A program made the translations under genes and the position numbers. A stretch of 61,454 nucleotides of DNA, filler included, from Choristocarpus tenellus KU-1152 (lineage: Eukaryota > Protista > Phaeophyceae), in assembly GCA_964200185.2 (NCBI GenBank). It is 7 parts of 7 records of this genome, joined end to end, with 100 filler letters (N's around TTAATTAATTAA, not from the genome) between each part and the next. Parts side by side here need not be neighbours in the genome. Positions count along the whole stretch, not along the records: positions 1 to 14,190 come from CAXNAD020001259.1; positions 14,291 to 19,314 come from CAXNAD020012132.1; positions 19,415 to 35,377 come from CAXNAD020000894.1; 4 more parts are not named here. One strand, written 5' to 3'. Below are positions 10,760-22,400 of the stretch, piece by piece. A model generated the notes under the pieces. That model did no database searches and was not told where the DNA came from. It saw nothing but the letters and a program-made list of their open reading frames with translations. How positions within the stretch are numbered: position 1 is the first letter of the stretch; the number at the start of each line of letters is the position of its first letter.

Positions 10760-13400
10760 TATCCACACATTGATTGTTGACAATAGGGAGAAATCATTTC
10801 TGTGCGTCAGGACAATTCACGTGGAGGATAGAATACGTAAGAGGCATGATCACAACCTTCAAGGGATACTCTATATTCTATGTTCACAAACGGACGAGGT
10901 CCTCAGACAAGTTTATGTCTCACAACAATCTTCAATAATATAAGGACTATATAATAAATAGTAATTCTTGGATTCTTGGGATGCTTCCCAAGCTCCCCCC
11001 CCGGGGCAAAGGAGTAGGTAGATGGGAAGCTATGGAAGACAGTAGTACAATATTTGATAGTGGTGAAGTATCTGATTTGTGGTTTCCACACTTACAATGT
11101 TTTAGAGTGTTCTTACGTTTAGGATATTGTATTTCCTTAGAGCTATTAACGACATATAAAAAGTTTTCATTGGTTTCCCTCCTGAAACATTTGCAAAATG
11201 TCAGAGAGCATAATAATAATAAAAATATAATATTAATGGAAGGACTATATAATATAATATATTTATAAGGACTATGTAATATAATAGTAATGTAAGGACT
11301 ATATAATATAATATTAATATAAGGACTATATAATATAATAGTAATATAAGGACCGATTGTTACTGTGCATGGATAAAATTTTATTCAGACTGGAATCGAC
11401 ACGGCGCTCTAATTCAGAGTTACCCTGTGATCTATAGGGCGTGGTACTAGTGTAATGGTAACCAAACACTTCAATTCCTGAAAAAGTACATTTTCAAATT
11501 CTGAACCTTGGTCGGAATGGAGAATTTCAGGTGCACCAAATATTGAAAATATCCTTCAAACAACGTTTTGGCAATGGTCACTTCTTATTTGTCTGGAATG
11601 GGAATGAGAAAGGTAAAGTGTAACAATTGGCAGATAGACAAATAATGAAGATATTGGCATCCCTGGGGAACGGTCTTCTACTGCACAAGATCTACACCAA
11701 CTCATCCAAATGATGGAGTGATGGGAATTTGTCCTTGAGGCAAGGTAGGACGCCTGTGAGAATTTTTTCGTCATTGGCAAAGCTGACACCTCCCACACCA
11801 ATCTCTGACATCTGTCTGAAATATCGGTCACCAGCATAAACTTTGTACCAAAGTGCCAAAGTACCAAAGTACCTTGTCCAGTGTGTGGGAAAAGACCAAA
11901 GTACCCTTCCATCCGGGGTGATCGTGTCAGGCATGTAAGACCAGGGATTGGAATGCTTCTGGAACAGTTAATCGACCCCGAAAACCACAGTGTTTGTTTA
12001 TACGTGTCCTGGGGAATATGGTGGTCAGAACAAGTAAATTTCAGCATCAACATTGAAGTGGTATGACATAATATATATCATGAAGTGGTATAGCATACCA
12101 TATATAGACTCCCGTGAGGTAAAGGTGCTGAGTTGGAGGCCTCTAAATTACCAAAATAAAGGGAAAATGGATTTATTTGTGCTGAACGGACTTTGATGTA
12201 GTCCAAAGTTAAAAGAGTATTCACTGAGCTACTCGAAGTCCACGGGCACTCAATATGACATCCACTTCATGAAGGTGACTTGGATAAATCTTACATGCTT
12301 GACATGGGGCTGGAGTATTTGGCATGGCATTTTACGGGATATTTCTACAAAAAGGGCAAAAGTTCCGGGCATTCGGTTGATCTCACTCACAAAGAGGTGT
12401 GAGAGGGCATTGGGCACAATATTATGTCTACCTGGTCTATGATGAAGAGTAAAATGAGAGCAATTGAGAGCAAAGGCCCAAGGTGTCAGCATATATCACA
12501 TATCTATATCTTGCATGTGAAAAGAATATCAGCATGGTCAGTGAATAGTTCAAGATGTCGACCCCAGAGATAAGGACAACAGTGGTTAATTGCATGGACT
12601 AATACCAAACATTTCTTTTTATGTGGCTGAGCCATTTCATTGGTCTATATCGAATTTCTTACAAAATTTGGTTACAACATGCAACAAGTGTCATTCGGAT
12701 CGCCTGACGCTCTTTGAGCTAGAAAACCACTGCTGCCCAAATCTGATGCTCCAAGATGTACCACAAAAGGTCTGGTATAATTGGGGTAGGGTTAGAAAGG
12801 GGACGAGGTGAACGCAGTTGAACTTTAGCAAAATGCAGAATCTTGAACTGATGTCCACGATTTTCCTATTTTTCCAGAAGGGTGTGTTAAGAACTCTTTA
12901 CAAGTGAAGTTTTGGAGGGGTTCTGTCAGATCTGAAAATTGTGGGATACAGCTTTGACAAAATTGGACATACCAAGGATAAAAAGAATATATTTGATTGT
13001 TTGGGATGTGGGAAGATCAACAACATTCAAGCAAGCCTTACCAAGGTTTTCCCCTGCACTAGAAACGATTTGTCCAAGGTATTCAACGTTTTCTGCCGCA
13101 CCAAACTTCAGTTTGGAAGGTTATTAAATAAGGTCAGATTTTGAATGGTTGTGAAAATTTTCCCAAGTAAAGCTGTATGATGTTCCAAGGTAGAAGCACA
13201 GAGAATGAGGCCATCCATATAGCTAGGTACACCTGACCCCATGCCAAAAATCAGATAGAGCCCGAGCCACCATGTGTTGAAGAATAATAGGGACATTGCT
13301 AAGTCCAAAAGGGAGTCATTTCCATATTTTCATAATTTTTCCTTTATGGGTGACAAAAACAGTCTTGCCTTAATTTTAGGTGACCAGGTGATATCATTAC
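10760..13400 (-). mobile_element. Degenerate Ty3/gypsy LTR retrotransposon pol (RT-RNaseH-integrase-chromodomain; chromovirus-like)
   Basis: Minus-strand remnants in gypsy order: RT (SYMDGLILCASTLEHHTALLGKIF), RNase H end (LTPWAFALNCSHFTLHHRPGRHNIVPNALSHL), integrase-like (MPDTITPDG; FTCSDHHIPQ), chromodomain-like (VVRHKLV*GPRPFVNIEYRVSLEG). Many stops and frameshifts; LTRs not found. Confidence 0.82.
11240..11353. repeat. AT-rich ~27-bp tandem repeat (aaggactatataatataatagtaatat), ~4 copies; a related unit occurs at ~10942
   Basis: Direct inspection. Confidence 0.8.
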
Positions 13401-13569
13401 ACCATACCTCTTTTTTCCTAATATAAATGCAGTACTCTTTCTCACTCATACCCTCTATTCTCTATGGTCCACTTCAAGCATTTCTTGAAGGTTATGTTAC
13501 AACTAGACATCAACGGAAATATTGGGTCCGAATCGGTTGATATACGATATGTCCCTTCGGCGACCTCAC

Positions 13570-13822
13570 CAAGTATCTTAGAGGGTACGAGTTTTGCCCT
13601 GTTTGTCCACTTCGGGCTTGGTTTCCCATGGGTTCTCTTATGACATTTTCCTACTCCAAATTTTTCGGAGTGAGGAACGTGTATACATTATGAAAAGGTG
13701 TGTCCAGAATATGGATATTGAAACTTTCTAATAAGCACGACAGCTAAAATTGCATCAAAATTGCAGCATTGGATTTTGGCGCCCAAATGGATGCGGCTCT
13801 ACCCTCTAAGATACTTTGGCTC
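13570..13822 (-). mobile_element. MITE family A copy
   Basis: aagtatcttagagggtacgagttttgccctg ... gcggctctaccctctaagatactttggctc. Confidence 0.88.
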
Positions 13823-14190
13823 GAGGTATGGAAAAGGAGTACTTACAAGTGCAATTCTATGATATCCAGAATGCACCAAAAATTTCAAGTTTGATGTCCC
13901 AGGATAACACAGATAACACAGGCCATTGAGCGGTCCGAAGCAGGCTCATAGTAAGTGATGTCCCCCCCCTTCCTGAGGGGATGTTAGAGTATTCTACTGC
14001 TCGATAGTTTAAGTGTGTTCCAACTATATACTCCGGGGTACTACAATGTTGTAGAAAATTGTTCATTGCTACATTGACTGTTTTTTCCAAGATGTTCTTG
14101 CAATTGTGTAATTTAGGGGGATCACACTCGCTATACTGTAGTATACAATGGTCTTACATTCAATACCCTCTAGGGAGGCAAATCATCTAC

Positions 14191-14290
14191 NNNNNNNNNN
14201 NNNNNNNNNNNNNNNNNNNNNNNNNNNNNNNNNNTTAATTAATTAANNNNNNNNNNNNNNNNNNNNNNNNNNNNNNNNNNNNNNNNNNNN
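14191..14290. other. Artificial contig linker (N-ttaattaattaa-N, 100 bp); identical linkers at 19315-19414, 35378-35477, 38184-38283, 49267-49366, 53371-53470
   Basis: Six identical 100-bp spacers carrying a six-frame stop 12-mer; assembly or concatenation artefact. Confidence 0.97.
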
Positions 14291-15182
14291 GGTTCTTTCT
14301 TTTTCTGCAATGGGGGAGAGAGGGGGCAGGGGGGGGGCGGGGGGGTGCACTTCAGCTCTAAGTACAGTAGCACTATGAATCCCATGGATTCGCAGAATTA
14401 AAATAAAAAATCAATATTATATATATATATATATTTATTTATTTTATTTATTTATTTTTAATCGAGACCTTTCCATTGGTCGACAGTTTCATTACAGTTC
14501 GCGTAAGCCACGCGCTGCACAGCTCATCCTTTTTTTTGTTTCCACCTTTTTTTTCACTCTCGGCATCTCCTCGCAGCACGCCACACACGCACACACGCAC
14601 GTACAACAAATAGTCCCAACAACAGTCCAATATCATTGAACTGTGCAAATCGAATCGAATCGAATTTAATCGAATCAAAACTCTTCGATTAAATTTAAAT
14701 TTAAATTTAAATTTAAATAAATAAACAAATAAATAAAAAACATTTTTTTTAGATTTTCGATTCCGATCCACCGCACAAGTACAAGAGTTGCAGTCAAAAA
14801 TCATTGTACCAATGGATAAATCACAAAAAAATCAAGGACGTTCACCCACGATGACAAGGTTACCCTTCTCCTTCTCACAAGACTACGTACGTGGGATCAA
14901 ATTCAAAATAGGTACAACTTTGACTGATGCAACAAACACATGTAGAACTCTATCTCTCTATCTCTATGTCTATCTCTATCTCAATCTCCTTCCCGCCTTT
15001 TCCCTCACATGAGGCAAGGGTTAGGGTTGAAAACACCAAACACATCTCACACAAGATTACACACCCCATTCCCTCCCCTTCCTCCTCCCTCCCCTCCCCC
15101 CACCACCAACGCTTACAACTCACTAACAATCCCCTCTACTTGATGCTTGACACATCACATCACACCCTTCCAACATAGTACA

Positions 15183-15232
15183 CTAACCCTAGCCCTAGCC
15201 CTAGCCCTAGCCCTAGCCCTAACCCTAACCCT
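15183..15232. repeat. Interstitial telomere-like array of mixed CCCTAA/CCCTAG units (~8)
   Basis: ctaaccctagccctagccctagccctagccctagccctaaccctaaccct. Confidence 0.9.
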
Positions 15233-15798
15233 TACAACATATATTACAAAAAAACTCCAGAGTCACTATCTCCATTTCCACTGCACCCACCATCCTTCAA
15301 CAAAAATAAAAATTAAAAAATTAAACTGGCTACTTTTGAAAAAATAAGGTATACCTCAAATATACTTATCAAACACACACCTCCCTTCTTGCAGGTAGGA
15401 GGAGCCACCACCTCCCCTGCACTTAAAAAAAACACTTTAAAAAATGCAAAAAAAATATGCATCAAACAACACACAGAACACATCACGCAGTCTCAAAAAA
15501 GAATATATATATATATAATAAACACAATCCTAGGCGGTAGTATAGGGTGGCAGAGTTAACTCTCTTTTTTTTATTCTACCTATTTTCTTTTTTTTTAACG
15601 TTCAGAATCCGTTTTTTTTAATATATATTTTGTTCTCTATCCACACAACAAAACATATGTATATATTAATTTCATAAATTAATGGAACCGGATCAACAGA
15701 TGGAGGGGGAAGCGATTGGATGTAGCAAAAAATAAATAAAATTAAATAAAAAAATGGAGCGTATCACACCTTCCAATAAAAAAATAATAATATCGTAC

Positions 15799-15894
15799 CT
15801 TAGATAACACTTCGTCACTGAGATCAGTCACAGTTTGGTCCAACTCCTCACAAAGGGCGTGTGCGGACTCCAGCTCCTCCTTCAGCTCTCGTGT
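15799..15894 (-). CDS. Isolated internal exon of a coiled-coil protein (TRELKEELESAHALCEELDQTVTDLSDEVLSK)
   Basis: 96-nt GC-richer open frame bounded by tag| and |gtac within very AT-rich DNA; heptad-like composition; rest of the gene not resolved. Confidence 0.6.
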
Positions 15895-17465
15895 CTACAC
15901 AAGAGGTTTATAATCAATAATGTTACTAATAATAATAAGAGATTTATTATCAATAATGTTATTAAAAACAAGAGATTTATTATCAATAATGTTGAAATTA
16001 GTAGTATTAGTAGTTGTAGTAGTTGTAGTAGTAGAAGCAGTAGTAGTAGTAGCAGTAGTGAAAGTAGTAGTAGTAGTATTATCATTAATACTATTATATT
16101 ATTATTATTACTGGTATCACCATTATTATCATTATTTATTTTTACCATCACTATCAAATACTATTAATATTATTATCACTATTATTATATTAATATTATT
16201 ACTGGTATCACTTTTATTATCGGTTACATAATTTTATTATTACTATTATCATCATTTATTTTTACTCACCATCAAATATTATTATTAATATCATTATCAT
16301 TATTACATATTTTACTATTACTATCAGATATTGTTATTAATCCAGAAAGCAGAACCATCAACACCTATCCCTACACCCTAACCCTAAGTAGATATATTTA
16401 ACCACACGTACACACATACATGTATTTAACTACATATACATCACCACTCTATCACCACACCACTATACACCATACACCCCCCTACATCCCTTTTTTCTCA
16501 GTGAGTACTTGGAACATTCCATGGAAAAAAATATATAAATTTATATAAATGTAAAACAAACTTAAATATTTTTTTTTAATAAATTTGTAAATAGTTCTAT
16601 GTTAAATAGCAGCACGATTCGATCACAATATCAGTAAATTAAAAAATAATAAAACCAAAAATCAAAAGGTACTTTCCTTTTTTTTAGAAAGTCAATTTTC
16701 CTATTCGTACAAGCGCTGCGTGCACAGATTATCTTTTTTTTATTTAAAAAAATATCAAAGAGTAAAAGAAAAAAAAGAAAAGTACACTCAATTCATCGAT
16801 CCAAAAAAACTTTTCATTTTTCCATTCGTAACACTATTTTTTGTTCCGATTCAAAACGGTTCTTATCTCTTCAACTTGGGGCGGGATGGACGATCGTGAC
16901 CACAGCAGCTGTATTCATCAACCTAGCCAATCCCCAACCATCACCTACCTACCTACCCAAATCGATTTTATTTTTGGAGTGTATGTCTCTCTATCTGTCT
17001 GTAATCATCACACATCTACTGTGAAATATAGCAACAATTGAAAAAAAAAAATCCCACCCGCCCGCCGACCGCGCGCGCGCATGCCTGTCTGCCTGCCTCC
17101 CTGCATAAATATTACAAGCATTACAAACGAAATTCCATCCTTCCATTTTTTTTTTTTGATCACAGTTTTTTATGTTATTTAGAAAGTTTTTCACCTCAAC
17201 ATATATATTTTAAAATATATATATATAAAATGATACTAGAAAGTAATATTCATAATCTCCACGCAAGGTATACATAAAATAATGCAACGCAAACAAAGAG
17301 GAACTATTATTTTATTTTTTATTTTAATGACGGCAACGACTCAAAACAAGACATTCGTTGTCCATTTTTAAAAACATAAAATGAAATACATTTGACAGTT
17401 GTTTATTTTTATTTTTTCTCTTGTTCTTTTTGCTCTCTTTATTTTTCCTTGCTGCTCATGCGTTT

Positions 17466-17900
17466 CCAAAATAATAATAAGAATGTTAATGATACTAATA
17501 AAAATTGTAATGAGACTAAAAATATATACCAATAATAATAATAATGTTAATGATACTAATAAAAATTGTAACGATACTAAAAATATATACCAATAATAAT
17601 AATAATAATAATAATAATGTAATGATACTAATAAAAATTGTAATTATACTAAAAATATATACCAATAATAACAATAATGTAATGATACTAATAAAAATTG
17701 TAATGATACTAAAAATATATACCAATAATAATAATAATAATGTTGATGATACTAATAAAAATTGTAATGATACTAAAAATATATACCATTAATAATAATA
17801 ATAATAATAATAACAATGTTAATGATACAAATAAAAATTGTAACGATACTAAAGATATATAACAGTAATAATAATAATAGTAATAGTAATAATAATAACA
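17466..17900. repeat. Compound AT-rich minisatellite (~60-bp unit with embedded (AAT)n), ~6-7 copies
   Basis: Unit gatactaataaaaattgtaatgatactaaaaatatatacc(aat)n. Confidence 0.92.
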
Positions 17901-17989
17901 ATAATAATAATAGAAAAAATATATATATTCACGAGGAATGGTGTGTACTGTTAAAGAAACTCATGGCAGTATGACGGTGGCGATAGCAT

Positions 17990-18085
17990 GACAATCACAA
18001 AACAGACAGTCACAAAACAGACAGTCACAAAACAGACAGTCACAAAACAGACAGTCACAAAACAGACAGTCACAAAACAGACAGT
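17990..18085. repeat. 15-bp tandem repeat (acagtcacaaaacag) x~6
   Basis: Direct inspection; gives a spurious (TKQTV)n ORF. Confidence 0.95.
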
Positions 18086-18657
18086 ATCCACAACACCATC
18101 GCAGAGACAGGGAACACCATCCTCATCATGTGCATCAAAACGCTCTTCTTCTTGCCTGTTCTGCCAATACTGTTAGCTCTTCTGCAGATTCAGCAGCCCT
18201 TGACTTGTCCCCTCCCCTCCCGTGGTGATCTTGACCATCAACACTGCATTTCATTTTTTTTTAAATATCAGCATACATTTTTTTTACATTGTGATGAAAA
18301 AAAACAAAACATCCATCAACAAAGAATAAGGTAGACATCATATGAGGGAGGCTAGCAAGATTTTTTTAACGTCACTGGGGCGGGTTGGAGCCAGGGGCCA
18401 GGGGCCAGAGGACTGGAGGGGGGGAAGGGGGGGAGGGGGGGGGTGAGGGGCTTAAACAGGGGTAAAAAAAATATTGGGAACAATCAGCAAGACTGCAAAC
18501 ACACCTTTGATGTCAAGTGATCTGTACAGTCAACTGAACACAGACTAAAATTTTCATGGGTAACAACCCCAACAATTTGTGCATGATTACGTACATAGTG
18601 TATGTATCATATGTTAAGTCCGTGGGAAGGCGAGTGAGGGATCCTGTTATTTCGCAC

Positions 18658-18691
18658 AACCTAACCCTAACCCTAACCCTAACCCTAACCC
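18658..18691. repeat. Interstitial telomeric repeat (CCCTAA)x~5
   Basis: aacctaaccctaaccctaaccctaaccctaaccc. Confidence 0.95.
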
Positions 18692-19485
18692 CAAAAAAGG
18701 ATGATCCCTTAGATCCATTAACTAAATCCAAGGTTTTGCTTCAAAGAAATATAAAACTGCAGATCATCCTATCCAACCTGTAACACGGGTGAGCTCCGTA
18801 CCTGTTTTAAGATCACCTATACCATCACCAGAATACCTGTACTCCAAAATACAGAACACCTATACTTCAACTCTGACATTATTTGAAACCAGAATATATC
18901 CACCTCCAAATCACTCCAAATGTTTTACTGTATCATTTACGTAATGTATGTAATTTACGTAATTTACAGAAACAAATTTTTAAAAATTAAAATATATTAA
19001 AAAAAAATGGATTCGAGAACATCATCATCCTTAACCCTATAACTCGTGGCACAATCGAATGAAACAAAAACTAATAAAAATAAAAATATTGAATCAAAAA
19101 CGCACACACAAACATACATACATATATATATATATATGTATATGTGTATTATTTATGCATGACAAAACAAATACATGTATTTCAATTAAAACAAAAAACG
19201 ACAGTCAGTTACGATTTAATTAAAATAATTAAAATAACAAATAAGAAACAAAAGGGGGAGGGGGGGGGGGGGGGGGGGGGGCGTTAAACCTAACCCCAAC
19301 CCCCAACAAAAACANNNNNNNNNNNNNNNNNNNNNNNNNNNNNNNNNNNNNNNNNNNNTTAATTAATTAANNNNNNNNNNNNNNNNNNNNNNNNNNNNNN
19401 NNNNNNNNNNNNNNAAACAATTCTTCCCCCTCCTCCCCCCGCCCCCCCCCCCCCCCCCCCCCCCGAGGTAGACTGTGCCCTTCAC

Positions 19486-22400
19486 CTCATCGAGCACCAG
19501 TATGGGAGCATTCTTGAGGATTGCACGGGCAATGGCGATACGTTGTCGCTGGCCCCCTGATAGCTGCACCCCCCCTTCTCCCACAAAGGTATTGTACCTG
19601 CAAGGACAGATGTGCCACAAAAACTTTCAATATCAGGAGCACAGTGGAAGGACTGTAACCCATGTAACTGACGTAACTGATGTCCAGACTATGGAAACAA
19701 TGCTCAAATCAATGCAGTGGTGCTTAATGACTTCGGTCGGCGAGTTTTCACCATATCCACAATTGCTGGACTGACTCCCAGATATGCAGTACCTGGACTT
19801 CAAATATCACTGCACAGGCACACACAGACAATAATCTAGAACAAATGGATGCATTGGTGCCTTCTAGGGCCTGATCACAATTTCAACCATCAATAAAAAC
19901 TTGAAAGGAACGGAGTACTCTCTTCATAGAAAGCAGCAATACCCCCGTCCGATCAGTACTCTGCAAGGACCAACATTGCATATACCCATTGCCAGAAGAC
20001 CCAAGGGGGTTGTAGGAGACATCCAACTACCACTGCACAACAAGGTCCCAGTACAAGGACCTCCTTTTCTTCAGGAAAGGGAGGGTTGGGGGTGTTGGTG
20101 GATAGGGCCTGTTCAACAGCACTAGGTGCCTCTACATATTTGCATCATGTCAAGAGTGTATTCTTCGAGCCAACTCCCTTGCAAACGCAGCATCAATTAG
20201 GAGCTCCTACGGAGATAAAAATCACGCACACACGGCACATGAACACGTCACCCACCCCTCAGGAAAGTCTTCAATGAATTCCTTGGCGTTGGCCAACTCT
20301 GCTGCATGTGCCACCTCCTCCATTGTGGTCCCCTGTAGTTCACAGTCAGCCTTGTCAGGATCTGGGTTGACAACTCCATAGACAATGTTCTGTGCAATGG
20401 TCCTAGGAAAACGTCCCCGGCAGTGGACGGACGGACGGATGGACAATGAGTATTTTGTACACATATTTGACGTACTTCTTCCAGGGGATGGTACCGGCCT
20501 TGTCCCATGTGCGATTTTCAACTACTCTCTCACCAGACTACACCAGACACTCACAAATAACTCCGCAGGTACTCCATCCAACCCACTCCTCACCACCTTC
20601 AACCAACAAATATTTTCATACAAAAAAGGCAGTTAAATTAGTCAGAACATTAAGCGTTGAAGTTAGCACAATTTACATGTTGCACTGCTGTGCCGCCCTC
20701 CCCTTCCAAAACAGTAATACACTTGCGTGGGATATATATGGGAGGCCCAACCCTCATGTACTCCAGGAGAAATGCCTCCTTGCACCCACTTGCCCATCCC
20801 AAACCATGACATACGGCAGCTGGAGTAGACTATCACAGATACTGCTGTGAACATGCAAGGCACCCACCATAGACAACGTTAGGTACAAAATGATACGCAC
20901 AATTAACCCTAACCCTAACCCTATCCACAACACAACCCCAAAGAGATGATTCAATCAGTGCCTTACCCCGTGAAGAGTGCTGGGTTCTGGCCGACTAATG
21001 CCACATGTCTTGTCAACCAACGCCTGTCCAAGTCTTGTACGTTCACCCCGTCCAGCAAAATCTCTCCTTGATCAGGCTGGTAAAAGCGGCTAAGTAGTGC
21101 CACGATGGTGCTCTTTCCCCCCCCACTTGGTCCCACCTTCAAGGGAACACCAGAATGAAAAGGTGGGGGTGGGCACTCGGGACATGAGTTGCAAAGATCG
21201 GAAATCAGAGGAAAGTAAGGAAAGCTGTGTGCTAATAGCGTAGCGCACTTAACAAAAATTATGCAACAGTAAATACAGGAGTTGCAGTAAATGGCAAGGC
21301 GTGATATCACAGAGTTGATGATATGGATTGGAGTGGTGAAAGTAAGCGGGGTGCTGTGTATGTTTATGTTTATGTATGTCATAAAGACACAATATACTAC
21401 ATCACAAGAGGATAAACTTCATCACCAAGCACTGCAATACCGGTACTACTACAAACAATTGTTGCCCAAGGCCCAAAACAAAAGTAGGGTGTACTAAAGG
21501 TAGACCTCTCGATTAGTGCGTGTTTGTCAAGAGCTTAAATTATTAATAGTATCAATGTTACTAGGTGGGAGTGTGTTAGTAGTAATTGTTAATGAACAGG
21601 GGTACAACACACACAGTCTCTCTCTCTCTCTCTCTCTCTGATCTCACCAGGGCAGTGACCTTTCCTGCTGGGAGGCCAAGCTGCAGTCCCGTGAAAACAG
21701 GAACATCAGGTCGTGTTGGGTATCGGAAGTGTACCCGGCAAAAGTCTACCCTACCCTCAAACTTTTCTGGGGGAATGACATCTAACCCCTTCGGACATGC
21801 AACGTGTCCTGCTGGCTCCATAACCTTCATGCAGTAGTACAAATAGAGGGGGTTCACAATGTGCATATATACTTAGAAAGGAGAGGGAGAGGAAGAGGGA
21901 GAGGGAGAAGTAGAGCACGAACATATATTGTTCGGACTGGTGTATCATTTTCGTCATCACTATTGTTCTTAGTCAGCACCAAACTATCTACTACTGGGAA
22001 TATGAAGGCGTGTGTGGGGATATGTAATGAGGCAGATGTGTCCGCAAGATTTGAAAAGTGTGGAGAGGCGTGTTCAAAAGTGAGATGGGTTTGTTTGCAA
22101 GTGAAGCATTAGGGCACTGGGGTAGGTGTAACACATTTCATATGCTTGAGAGCCCTCACATACAACACATACAGCACTGATATCAATGTAGTCAAACGAC
22201 AGAGGACTGCCTTCCGAGTGACATACGGTTATCCAGATATCACCAAACTGGTAAAAAGGTAGCATAGTCTAATCTTACAAGGGTAAATGAGAGCAATACA
22301 CAGACCCCCCCCCCCCCCCCCCCCACTTTACTGGTAGAACAGCATCGACACACGGGAACTGAAAAATTTAAAACTCGTGTAACATACAACCAACCCTTCC

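Noticed and set aside
12783-12794. gggtagggttag telomere-like motif in the gypsy remnant
   Set aside because: It encodes the expected L-T-L-P of the RT-RNase H linker, so it was not counted as an insertion.
14191-14290. ttaattaattaa palindrome inside N runs, six times
   Set aside because: Synthetic linker with stops in all six frames; not biological. No cross-linker gene clusters were inferred.
15835-16231. ORFs rich in poly-S, L, V and I
   Set aside because: Translations of (AGT)n/(ATT)n low-complexity DNA.
17399-17792. Repetitive ORFs (MILIKIV...NNNN)
   Set aside because: Products of the AT-rich minisatellite.
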